Source of the DNA: an uncultured archaeon
GTDB taxonomy: Archaea; Altiarchaeota; Altiarchaeia; IMC4; JBDREA01
Direction: 5' to 3'
Assembly (NCBI GenBank): GCA_964443985.1
Contig: CAYUFO010000001.1
Span: 1-27,687, forward strand
DNA: 27,687 nt
The position numbers and the translations under genes were made by a program. The stretch's first letter is position 1; each line of letters begins with the position of its first letter. The notes beneath the pieces are model-generated. The model was not told where the DNA came from, ran no database searches, and was given only the letters and a program-made list of their open reading frames with translations. Shown here one piece after another: positions 1 to 7,779 of this stretch.

Positions 1-11
1 ATTAAATATCG

Positions 12-296
12 ATGCAGTGGCGGAATAACCGATGGATTGGCGCCGGCCTTTCGCTTTTTTTCGCGGGATTAGGGCACCTGTATCTCGCCAGCTATCGTCG
101 AGGCCTCTTCTTCATCGTCGTTGAGCTCGTGACGGCCCTGTTGGCCCTGTACCCCCACGCTATCGTCGAACTCGTCGTTGTCGGCGGCGTGGCCAACTTC
201 GCGGTGACGGTGACGGCGGCCGTCGACGCCTACCGGCTCGCCAAAAAACGGTCTACTCTCCGCAACAAAAAGAAACAAAAAGAATCAGCCGAATAA
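12..296 (+). CDS. Small membrane protein, TM2-domain-like
   Basis: WIGAGLSLFFAGLGHLYL resembles the TM2-type 'A..LS...PGLGH.YLG' motif. Two to three hydrophobic helices and a basic C-terminal tail. Overlaps the rpl10 stop convergently by 12 nt. Confidence 0.65.
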   Translation: MQWRNNRWIGAGLSLFFAGLGHLYLASYRRGLFFIVVELVTALLALYPHAIVELVVVGGVANFAVTVTAAVDAYRLAKKRSTLRNKKKQKESAE

Positions 297-1259
297 GGCG
301 GCCATGCCTTCAGCCGCGCTCTCTTCGCCGCCCTCTTTCTTGTCGTCGTCTTCCTTCTTCTCGGATTCAGAGGACTCCTCGGCCTCGGATTCCTCGGGAG
401 CCGGGGCGGGTTCGGCTGCGGGCGGCGCCTCGCCTGCGATGAGGGCCTTGACCGTGGCGGCGCTGGCCCCGGCTTCGGCGAGAAGCGACTCGATGGTTTC
501 CTTGGTGGGGATCTTGGCGGCGAGGGCCAGCGAGAGCGCCTTCCAGTGCGCCTGCCGGACGAAGGATTCCGTCGTCTGGGGCGTGAAGATGGTGGCGTTG
601 AACGCAAGATTGAGGGCCTGCTGGTGGGCGGTGGCGTATTTCGAGAACGTCTCCTCGTCGTCGATGTGCAGGATGTCGGCGGGATAGACGACGCCGTCCT
701 CGCGGGCCGCGTAGAGCTCGAGGCCTATCTCGAAGGGCTCGATGCCGAAGCGGTTGAGGACGGAGGCGACGTCGACCGAGATGGTGTCGCCTGCCGCGAC
801 GAGCTTCGAGGGTTCGGAGATGACGATCTTGCCCTTGTCGATCCTCGCCTTGATGCCCGCCGCCTGCAGCTCTCCTATGACGGGTCCCGCGGGGAACGGC
901 GTGTCGCCTGCTGGTATGACTATGTCGGTGGGCGCTATCTGCCCCGGTTTGGCGGGGGCGCCCGTCCGGGATCCCGAAAGGAGCCTCTCAAGCTGGAAGG
1001 GGGTGAGCTCGTCGGTGGTGATGACGCCCATCTCTCCCTGCACGTAGGTGGAGAGGTCGTCGGTGCCCGCGTCGGCGAGGGCGCGGCGGATGATGCGGTT
1101 CCTCGTGACCCTGAGGTCGACCTTGCCCCTGAGGGAGGTTCGCATCTGCTGGAACTGGCGGCTCGGGATGCCGTTGATGCCTGTAAGTCCCACGACCTTG
1201 GCCTTCTTGATGGCGGCAGACAGGCGCTTGACCTCCTCTTCCTTCCAGGATGCGACCAT
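285..1259 (-). CDS. rpl10: 50S ribosomal protein L10 (archaeal P0/uL10)
   Basis: WKEEEV, QFQQMRTSLRG, LRVTRN and AKPGQIAPTDIVIPAGDTPFPAGP motifs. Ala/Pro hinge, acidic tail and C-terminal EGMAALFG. Confidence 0.98.
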   Translation of the reverse strand: MVASWKEEEVKRLSAAIKKAKVVGLTGINGIPSRQFQQMRTSLRGKVDLRVTRNRIIRRALADAGTDDLSTYVQGEMGVITTDELTPFQLERLLSGSRTGAPAKPGQIAPTDIVIPAGDTPFPAGPVIGELQAAGIKARIDKGKIVISEPSKLVAAGDTISVDVASVLNRFGIEPFEIGLELYAAREDGVVYPADILHIDDEETFSKYATAHQQALNLAFNATIFTPQTTESFVRQAHWKALSLALAAKIPTKETIESLLAEAGASAATVKALIAGEAPPAAEPAPAPEESEAEESSESEKKEDDDKKEGGEESAAEGMAALFG

Positions 1260-1269
1260 TTTTACGTGA

Positions 1270-1908
1270 TTAGATGACTTTGGCGGGTTTGCCCATGGAC
1301 GTCTTGACGTACGCCGAGTGGATGTGTTCGCGGGGTATCTGGCGCTCGACGGCGGCCATGACGGCCTGGATGTTCTCGGCGACGTCCTCGTCGGGCATGT
1401 TTTCTGCGCCGACGGGTATCTGGACGGTCGGATTCTTTTTTGAGCGTATGCGGACCGTGTTCTTGAGGCGCGTGATGACCGCGGGCAGGTCGGCGTTGGG
1501 GGGGACGGGCTGCGGCATCTTGTTTCGGGGTCCGAGCACGATGCCCCAGCTCTTTCCGATGGTGCTCATGAGGTCGGGGGCGGCGATGAAGCTGTAGCAT
1601 TTGTTGGCGTAGGCGCGCATCTTTCGGCGGCTTGCCGCCATCTTCTCGAGCTCGGGCTTGGAGAGGACGTAGTCGCTGACCTTTTTCGCCTGGACGTTCA
1701 TGTCGCCGTCGGCGAAGACGCCGATGGCCACGTCCTTGCCGCGCCCCTTGGGCAGCTGGACGCTGAGATTGAGCTTGTGGGTGGGGTCCTCGATGTTGAT
1801 GTCTTTGAAGGTCAAAGACAATTCGAGGCTCTGGGTGAAGTTGCGGGAAGAACTCTCTTTCTTGGCCTCGGCGACTTTTTCCCGGTAGAGTCGTTTGTCG
1901 TCTGCCAT
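1270..1908 (-). CDS. rpl1: 50S ribosomal protein L1 (uL1)
   Basis: RNFTQSLEL, LPKGRGK, LGPRNKMPQP and VKTSMGKP motifs. GGAGG RBS upstream. Confidence 0.98.
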   Translation of the reverse strand: MADDKRLYREKVAEAKKESSSRNFTQSLELSLTFKDINIEDPTHKLNLSVQLPKGRGKDVAIGVFADGDMNVQAKKVSDYVLSKPELEKMAASRRKMRAYANKCYSFIAAPDLMSTIGKSWGIVLGPRNKMPQPVPPNADLPAVITRLKNTVRIRSKKNPTVQIPVGAENMPDEDVAENIQAVMAAVERQIPREHIHSAYVKTSMGKPAKVI

Positions 1909-1920
1909 TGGATTTCCCTC

Positions 1921-1942
1921 CTACCCTGGCGCTGCCGGGTAG
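1921..1942 (-). promoter_or_regulatory. Hairpin in the rpl1 leader abutting the Shine-Dalgarno sequence
   Basis: mRNA sense CUACCC-GGC-AGC-GCC-A-GGGUAG (6+3 bp stem) runs directly into (AG)GAGG before the rpl1 ATG. Confidence 0.5.
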
Positions 1943-1978
1943 TGCTGCGGGGCAAGGCTACTATATATGCACTGGGAA

Positions 1979-1986
1979 TTTATAAA
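1979..1986 (-). promoter_or_regulatory. Candidate TATA box of an internal rpl1-rpl10 promoter
   Basis: TTTATAAA just after the rpl11 stop, in an AT-rich 82-nt intergenic region. Confidence 0.5.
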
Positions 1987-1990
1987 TGGA

Positions 1991-2665
1991 CTACTTTTTG
2001 TCCTCGGTCTTCCTTCCCTCTTTGGCGTCAGCCTCGGCGGGTTTCCCTTCGGCGTCAGCCTCTTCGGGTTTCTCTGCGTCCTCGCCCTCTGCCTCGGCGG
2101 GCGCCTCTTCTGCTCCCTCGTCCTTGTGCTTTTCTTCGAGGTCGGCTTCGCGGCGCGCTTCCTCTTCTTCTTGGATGCGGCGCTCCTCCTCGCTCATCTC
2201 TTTGTCGAGGAGGCCTTCCTCTAGGGCTGCGTAGGCGTGCTTGGCGGTGCGGCCCTCGATGGTGACGCCGAGCGACTGGCAGCTACCGATGACTTCCTTC
2301 ATCTTGGCGGTCTGATTGGCGCCGAGGAGCTGGTCGGCCTTCATGGCGGTCACCTTGACGAGCTGGTCGTAGCTGAGGTCGGCGACGGGTTTGCCGTCTC
2401 CGGTGCCCTTCTCGATGCCGAGCTCCTTTTTGATGAGCGCGGAGGTGGGGGGGCTTCCGACTTCGATGTCGAACGTCTTGGTGGAGGCGTCGATGACGAC
2501 CGAGACGGGGACCTTCATGCCCGCGTAGTCGGCGGTCTTCTCGTTGATCGCGTTGACGACGTCTGCGATGTTGATGCCCGTGGGGCCGAGCGCGGGTCCC
2601 AGGGGGGGTCCGCCACTGGCCTGGCCGCCTTCGACGAGCACTTCGATGGTTTCCTTTTTCGCCAT
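1991..2665 (-). CDS. rpl11: 50S ribosomal protein L11 (uL11) with long acidic C-terminal extension
   Basis: EVLVEGGQASGGPPLGPALGPTG, MKVPV, EVGSPPTSALIKKELG and IGSCQSLGVTIEG. About 60 extra Glu/Ala/Lys-rich residues follow the core. Confidence 0.97.
   Translation of the reverse strand: MAKKETIEVLVEGGQASGGPPLGPALGPTGINIADVVNAINEKTADYAGMKVPVSVVIDASTKTFDIEVGSPPTSALIKKELGIEKGTGDGKPVADLSYDQLVKVTAMKADQLLGANQTAKMKEVIGSCQSLGVTIEGRTAKHAYAALEEGLLDKEMSEEERRIQEEEEARREADLEEKHKDEGAEEAPAEAEGEDAEKPEEADAEGKPAEADAKEGRKTEDKK
2021..2074. repeat. Imperfect 27-nt tandem duplication inside the rpl11 tail
   Basis: tttggcgtcagcctcggcgggtttccc / ttcggcgtcagcctcttcgggtttctc, encoding KPEEADAEG and KPAEADAKE. Confidence 0.75.
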
Positions 2666-2668
2666 GGT

Positions 2669-3181
2669 CTATGCCTCTTCGCCTTCCTTGTCTTCGTCGG
2701 CTTTCTGCATGATCTTGAGGTCGTCGCCGCGCACGACGACGGGGATGGGGACGGCGGCTTCTATGAGTTCGACGGTGATCTCGTTCTTGTCCTCGTCGAT
2801 GCGGGCGACGCGGGCTTTTTCGCTTTTGAAGGGGCCGGCGATGAGTTCGACGAGGTCGCCCTTGCTGACTTCGGTGACGACGGGCGTCGGCACGAGGGTC
2901 TCTTCGAGCTGGTCGATGCTGATGGTGCCCGCCGATTCGAGGCGACCCTTCTCCTTGAGCAGGAGGCCTCGGGTCTTGGGGACGTTGCGGGCGAGGTCTT
3001 CGACGGTGCCCGGGCCGTCGGCTTCGACGAGGATGTAGCCTTTGAGGCCGGTGGTGTACATGACGCTGTAGACGTCGCCGCCCTCCTTTTGGATGGCGTC
3101 GAGCTTGGTACTGGCGTCGCGGAAGAGGATTTCTGCCGCGACCTTCTCTTGGCCGGCCGTTGAGCGTACCGCATAGATCAT
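2669..3181 (-). CDS. spt5: Transcription elongation factor Spt5 (NusG family)
   Basis: IYAVRSTAGQE, LKGYILVEA, KOW motif GDLVELIAGPFKSEKARV, and ITVELIEAAVPIPV. Confidence 0.97.
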   Translation of the reverse strand: MIYAVRSTAGQEKVAAEILFRDASTKLDAIQKEGGDVYSVMYTTGLKGYILVEADGPGTVEDLARNVPKTRGLLLKEKGRLESAGTISIDQLEETLVPTPVVTEVSKGDLVELIAGPFKSEKARVARIDEDKNEITVELIEAAVPIPVVVRGDDLKIMQKADEDKEGEEA

Positions 3182-3212
3182 TTTTTGGGAAGGTATTGAT
3201 TGGACGTTTGCC

Positions 3213-3237
3213 TATAAAAAAACGGCCGCCTTTTTTT
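3213..3237 (-). terminator. A7-GC-T7 inverted repeat after secE, overlapping a TATA-like element for spt5
   Basis: Plus strand tataaaaaaacggccgccttttttt. The minus strand gives a T7 tract after the secE stop and TTTATA about 32-38 nt upstream of the spt5 ATG. Confidence 0.5.
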
Positions 3238-3412
3238 ACCGGATCGCCTGCGACACGAGGAATATCACGAATCCGACGAAGCCGATGGCGATGATGCCGA
3301 GCCCCGTGATGCGGGCGGTCTCCATGTATTCTGAGCGCTTGGGCTTGCGGGTGAGCCGGAGGATGCGGCGTGTCTCGCTGTAGGCCTTGGCGAGCCAGTC
3401 GGCGACGTTCAT
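3236..3412 (-). CDS. secE: Protein translocase subunit SecE (Sec61-gamma); not in the supplied ORF track
   Basis: Manual translation MNVADWLAKAYSETRRILRLTRKPKRSEYMETARITGLGIIAIGFVGFVIFLVSQAIR* (58 aa). RKP..EY and G...IG.VGF.I motifs, in the canonical ftsZ-secE-spt5 position. Confidence 0.96.
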   Translation of the reverse strand: MNVADWLAKAYSETRRILRLTRKPKRSEYMETARITGLGIIAIGFVGFVIFLVSQAIR

Positions 3413-3461
3413 GGTTTTTATCTCGAGGGTTCGGTGTCTGGGTCGATATGCCCTAACAAGA

Positions 3462-3486
3462 ATATTAAAAAAGGAAAAGGGGGAGG
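3462..3486 (-). terminator. Pyrimidine/T-tract after ftsZ with a TATA-like TTTAATAT for secE
   Basis: Minus strand CCTCCCCCTTTTCCTTTTTTAATATT follows the ftsZ stop. Confidence 0.4.
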
Positions 3487-3498
3487 GTGGTGGACCCT

Positions 3499-4650
3499 CT
3501 AGATGGACTTGAGGCCGAGTTCGAGGCGGTCGGCGCTGCCCCGCTCCAGGCGGTCTTCGAGCTCCTCTTCGTAGCCGGGGATCTTGACCCCGGACAATAT
3601 GATGAGGGTCTTGATGACGTTGCGGTCGAGTTCCTCGTCGATCTGGGCGCCCCAGATGATCTCGGCGTCGGCGTCGATGTTCTGGCTGACGATGCGCACG
3701 ATTTCTTCGGCCTCCTCGAGCGTCATGTCGCGGCTGCCCGTGATGTTGATGAGGGCGCCGGTGGCGTTGCTGATGTCGGTGTCGAGGAGCGGGGAGCTGA
3801 GGGCCTTTTCCACGGATTCCCGGCTGCGGTTCTCCATGGTGGAGTCCTTGCTCGAGGCGCCGAGGCCTATCATGGCGGTGCCGCCGTCCTTGAGGATGGC
3901 GCGGACGTCGGCGAAGTCGAGGTTGACGAGGCCGGGTTTGGTGACCATCTCGGTGATGCCCTTGGCGGCGTTGGCGAGGAGCTCGTCTGCGACCTTGAAT
4001 GCCGCGTTGAGCGGCAGGTTGGGCGCGACGTCAAGGAGCCGGTCGTTGGGGATGACGATGACGGTGTCGGCGAACTTCCTGAGCTTCTTGAGTCCCCGTA
4101 AGGCGTTTTGGGCGCGCACGCGGCCCTCGACGGAGAAGGGCAGCGTCACGATGCCGATGGTGAGGGCCTGGAGGTCCTGGCCGATCTCGGCGATGACGGG
4201 GGCGCTGCCGGTGCCGGTGCCGCCGCCGAGCCCGGCGGTGACGAAGACCAGGTCAGAGCCCTGGAGGAGCTCGCTTATCTTCTCGATGTCGACTTCGGCG
4301 CACTGCTCGCCGACTTCGGGGTCGTTGCCTGCCCCGACGCCGCCGGTGATGGAGGTGCCGATGAGGAGCTTGGAGTGCGCCTTGCTGTTCAATAGGTGCA
4401 GGGCGTCGGTGTTGACTTGCACGAGGTCGCCGCCTTCGATGCCCATGTCCATGAGCCGGTCGATGGTGTTGGACCCCGCGCCGCCTGCGCCTACGATCTT
4501 GATGGACGTCTTGATGCCTTCGACGATGCGTCGGAGTTCGTCTTCGCTGTCGCCGCGCTGCACGATCGGCTGTGCCGCCGGTGCGCTCGGCTGGTCTTGT
4601 GTCTCGTTGAAGTCGGCGTTGCCGATGGCTTCCTTTACAATTGATTCCAT
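3499..4650 (-). CDS. ftsZ: Cell division protein FtsZ (FtsZ1-type by synteny)
   Basis: GAGGAGSN, VNTDALHL, GGGTGTG, PFSVEG and NLDFADV motifs. Start moved to ATG 4650 (MESIVKEA), preceded by an AGGTGG RBS. The ORF-track extension to 4755 is AT-rich intergenic DNA. Confidence 0.97.
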   Translation of the reverse strand: MESIVKEAIGNADFNETQDQPSAPAAQPIVQRGDSEDELRRIVEGIKTSIKIVGAGGAGSNTIDRLMDMGIEGGDLVQVNTDALHLLNSKAHSKLLIGTSITGGVGAGNDPEVGEQCAEVDIEKISELLQGSDLVFVTAGLGGGTGTGSAPVIAEIGQDLQALTIGIVTLPFSVEGRVRAQNALRGLKKLRKFADTVIVIPNDRLLDVAPNLPLNAAFKVADELLANAAKGITEMVTKPGLVNLDFADVRAILKDGGTAMIGLGASSKDSTMENRSRESVEKALSSPLLDTDISNATGALINITGSRDMTLEEAEEIVRIVSQNIDADAEIIWGAQIDEELDRNVIKTLIILSGVKIPGYEEELEDRLERGSADRLELGLKSI

Positions 4651-4751
4651 TGTTCTAAACCCACCTTCCTTTCTAAAAACTAATCGAATTTCAGAAGTGA
4701 AACTCGTTCGCTGGATGCGACGGATACTATTACTTAGCGTGACTTTAAAAA

Positions 4752-5666
4752 TCAAAGGCCCTTCTCCTCGAGGGCGAGAAGGTGGCGCAGCGTGGCCTTG
4801 ACGTTTTCTTGGATTTTTCCGAGCGCCTCCTTGTCGGGCTCCGGCTTGAAGAGGTGGCGGAAGCGTCCCTGCAGCTTGAGGTAGTCTTCTATGGGTTTGA
4901 GGTCGTCGGGGTCGCGGGGCATGGTGACCTTGTGCTTTCCTTCGATGACCTCGTAGAGAGGGGTGGCACCGGTGGCGACGCCGAGCTTGGCGAGGCTGAT
5001 GGACTGGCTGGGGTCATAGCGCCAGCCGGGCACGCAGGGCGCGTAGATGTTGATGAAGGTCGGTCCAACGGTCTCGACTGCCTTCTTTATCTTCTTGTAT
5101 GCGTCTTGGGGGTGGCTCACCGAGCAGGTCGCCGCATACGGCGAGCCGTGGGCGACGAGGATGTGGACGAGGTCCTTTTTCCCCTCGGTCTTGCCGGGGA
5201 TCTTCTTGCCTGCAGGCGAGGTCGTCGTCGAGGCGAGATAGGGGGTGGCGCCGCTTCGCTGGATGCCCGTGTTCATGTAGGCCTCGTTGTCGTAGCAGAC
5301 GTAGGTGTAGTTGTGGCCGCGCTCGAAGGCGCCGCTGGTTCCCCGGATGCCGATGTCGTAGCTGGCGCCGTCGCCGCCGAGGGCGACGACGTGGACGTCC
5401 TGCTTGCCTTGGACCTTGAGGGCGGCCTCGATGCCGGCGGCTATCGACGAGTTGTTCTCGAAGGCGCCGTGTATCCAGGGGATGCGCCAGCTGGTCTCGG
5501 GGTAGGGCGTCGACACGACCTCCATGCAGCCTGTGGATTCGACGAAGATGCTGTTCTTTCCGGCGGCCTTGGTGATGAGGCGGACGGCGGTGGCGGCTCC
5601 GCATCCCGCGCAGGCGCGGTGGCCGGGGGCGAAGAGCTCTTCCTCGGGGAGTCCTGCGATGGCCAT
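4752..5666 (-). CDS. porB: Pyruvate/2-ketoisovalerate:ferredoxin oxidoreductase beta subunit
   Basis: PGHRACAGCG, TGCMEV, TPP-binding GGDGASYDIG...YDNEAYMNTG and APCVPGW. Substrate specificity (por vs vor) is not resolvable. Confidence 0.95.
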   Translation of the reverse strand: MAIAGLPEEELFAPGHRACAGCGAATAVRLITKAAGKNSIFVESTGCMEVVSTPYPETSWRIPWIHGAFENNSSIAAGIEAALKVQGKQDVHVVALGGDGASYDIGIRGTSGAFERGHNYTYVCYDNEAYMNTGIQRSGATPYLASTTTSPAGKKIPGKTEGKKDLVHILVAHGSPYAATCSVSHPQDAYKKIKKAVETVGPTFINIYAPCVPGWRYDPSQSISLAKLGVATGATPLYEVIEGKHKVTMPRDPDDLKPIEDYLKLQGRFRHLFKPEPDKEALGKIQENVKATLRHLLALEEKGL

Positions 5667-5667
5667 C

Positions 5668-6843
5668 TTAGTACATCCACTCCTCTTTTTGTCCTTTGTC
5701 GTCTTTCGTCATCTCGTAGACGGATCGGACGTGTTCGAGTTTTACGTCGCGGCCGCCGAGGCCGCAGATGAAGTTTCTGAGCGTGGGTCGCTCATCGTCC
5801 TCGTAGAAGAGCATGCCTATCTCGTGGTAGAGGATGCCGCCGGAGCCAGGCGAGAACGCCTTCTCCATGACGGCGATCTTCTGCACGTCTTTGAGGGCCT
5901 TTTTCAGCGCTTCCTTTGGGAAGGGCCGGTAGGTGATGAGCTTGAGCAGCCCGACCTTCTCGCCCTTGTCGCGCAGGCGGTCGACGACGACCTTGATGGT
6001 GCCGCACATCGACCCCATGCCGACAAGGACGACGTCGGCGTCCTCCATGCGGTAGGATTCGAAGTGGAAGTAGTCGTCTGGCCGGGAGCCCGGCATCTCG
6101 TTTTCGAACGTCTTGCTATACTCTTTAAAGACTTTTTCTATGACGGGAAGCGAGCCGTTGATGGCGTCCTCCTGCGTCCTTCGCAGCTCCATGTAGTGCT
6201 CGGGGAAGCCGATGGGGCCCAATGTCAGGGGGTCGTCGGGGTCCAAGTACGCGTGATATGGCTTGTAGGCCGGCAAGAATTTGTCGACGGCGTCCTCGTC
6301 GTGGACGGCCATGGGCTCATAGACGTGGCTCAACGTGAAGCCGTCGAGACACACCATCGTGGGCAACAGGACGTCGTGGTCCTCGCCGATCTTGTACTGC
6401 ATGAGGGTGAGGTCGTAGCTCTCCTGGGCGGTCTCGGCGTAGAACTGCAGCCAGCAGCTGTCGCGTTCGGCCATGGAGTCGCCGTGGTCGTTCCAGATGC
6501 TGATGGGCGCCGAAAGCGCCCGGTTGACGCACGTCATGCCGACGGGCAACCGCATGCCGCTGACGATGAAGAGGACCTCGTGCATGAGGGCGAGGCCCTG
6601 GCTCGACGTCGACGTGTAGGTGCGCACGCCCGTGGCCTGGGCGCCAAGGCACGCCGAGATGGCCGAGAACTCCGATTCGACGCGGACGTATTCGCCGCCC
6701 ATGGTGCCGTCGGCGACCCAGTCGCTGATGCGCTCGACGATGTGGGTCTGCGGCGTGATGGGGTAGGCGGCGACGACGCCGGGTTTTGAGGCCTTCACGG
6801 CCTCGGCGACGGCATGCGACGTCTCTTCTATGGTCTTCGTCAT
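5668..6843 (-). CDS. porA: Pyruvate/2-ketoisovalerate:ferredoxin oxidoreductase alpha subunit
   Basis: AAYPITPQT, VESEFSA, TSSQGLALMHE, NRALSAP, YRPFP and GLGGRD. Confidence 0.95.
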   Translation of the reverse strand: MTKTIEETSHAVAEAVKASKPGVVAAYPITPQTHIVERISDWVADGTMGGEYVRVESEFSAISACLGAQATGVRTYTSTSSQGLALMHEVLFIVSGMRLPVGMTCVNRALSAPISIWNDHGDSMAERDSCWLQFYAETAQESYDLTLMQYKIGEDHDVLLPTMVCLDGFTLSHVYEPMAVHDEDAVDKFLPAYKPYHAYLDPDDPLTLGPIGFPEHYMELRRTQEDAINGSLPVIEKVFKEYSKTFENEMPGSRPDDYFHFESYRMEDADVVLVGMGSMCGTIKVVVDRLRDKGEKVGLLKLITYRPFPKEALKKALKDVQKIAVMEKAFSPGSGGILYHEIGMLFYEDDERPTLRNFICGLGGRDVKLEHVRSVYEMTKDDKGQKEEWMY

Positions 6844-6846
6844 CTC

Positions 6847-7149
6847 CTATTTCTCCTCCGTCTTCATCTCGATGCACTTGACGGGGCATTCGACTGCGCA
6901 GATGCCGCAGCCCTTGCAGTAGTCGAGGTCGGCGGTGAATTTTCCCTCCTTGGTCTTTGTTATGGCGGCGTCTGGGCACAGGCTCCAGCAGATGCCGCAG
7001 GCCACGCACTTGTCGGTGTCGGTGACGGGGCGTTTGCTTCGCCAGCCGCCAGTCTTGTTGGCAAGCGAGCTGCCGTCGGAGGGGAGGACGGCGCCGATGG
7101 TGACTTCCGTGTCGCCGACCTTGCCGGTGATCTTCTTCATGTCTGCCAT
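6847..7149 (-). CDS. porD: 2-oxoacid:ferredoxin oxidoreductase delta subunit (2x[4Fe-4S])
   Basis: KTGGWRSKRP, CVACGICWSLCP and YCKGCGICAVECP. Confidence 0.95.
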   Translation of the reverse strand: MADMKKITGKVGDTEVTIGAVLPSDGSSLANKTGGWRSKRPVTDTDKCVACGICWSLCPDAAITKTKEGKFTADLDYCKGCGICAVECPVKCIEMKTEEK

Positions 7150-7152
7150 GGT

Positions 7153-7701
7153 TCAGCTGGCTGCGAGTTCTTTGGCCTGCTCGTAGACCTTCTCGACGAG
7201 CTTCACGTTCTTCTCGACGAGGTGGGGGGGCATCTCGTCTTCGATGGCGGCGATGATGGATTCCTTCTTGATGAGGCCGGTGATGGCGGCGAAGGCGCCG
7301 AGCATGCCGGTGTTGACGATGGGCAAGCCGAGGGTCTCCAACGCTTCCTTGGTGACGTCGAGCGTGTAGATTCTGTAGTCGCCGAGGCCGAGGCTCTCGG
7401 CCGGCTGGTTGCTGTTGACGATGATGATGCCGTCGTCGGCGAGTCCCTCCGTGACATCAATGACTTCCGTCAGGCTGGGGTCGAGGACGAGGAGAATCTC
7501 TGGTTTGTAGACGGCGCTCTTCTGGCGGATGAAGGCGTCGTCGATGCGGGTGAAGGCCTGGACCGGGGCGCCGCGGCGCTCCACGCCGAACTTGGGGAAG
7601 GCCTGCGTGTATTTGCCGTCCTTGAAGCCTGCGACCGCCAAAAGCGTCGCCGCGGTGACGGCGCCCTGTCCGCCCCTCCCGTGCAAGCGAATCTCCTTCA
7701 T
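7153..7701 (-). CDS. porG: 2-oxoacid:ferredoxin oxidoreductase gamma subunit
   Basis: True start MKEIRLHGRGGQG at 7701, with FGVERRGAPV and IVNTGMLGA. The ORF-track upstream extension is the antisense of the next gene. Confidence 0.95.
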   Translation of the reverse strand: MKEIRLHGRGGQGAVTAATLLAVAGFKDGKYTQAFPKFGVERRGAPVQAFTRIDDAFIRQKSAVYKPEILLVLDPSLTEVIDVTEGLADDGIIIVNSNQPAESLGLGDYRIYTLDVTKEALETLGLPIVNTGMLGAFAAITGLIKKESIIAAIEDEMPPHLVEKNVKLVEKVYEQAKELAAS

Positions 7702-7730
7702 GGTCAGAGAACATGTATTACTCCTCTGGG

Positions 7731-7738
7731 TATATAAG
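7731..7738 (-). promoter_or_regulatory. TATA box of the por operon in the divergent promoter region
   Basis: CTTATATA on the minus strand about 30-37 nt upstream of the porG ATG. Confidence 0.55.
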
Positions 7739-7779
7739 ACTATCGGCGCTTCGTATTTAGGTGGGTGGGATGATGGTTT

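Noticed and set aside
4651-4755. N-terminal extension of FtsZ in the ORF track
   Set aside because: AT-rich intergenic sequence. An RBS and the typical MESIV start support ATG 4650.
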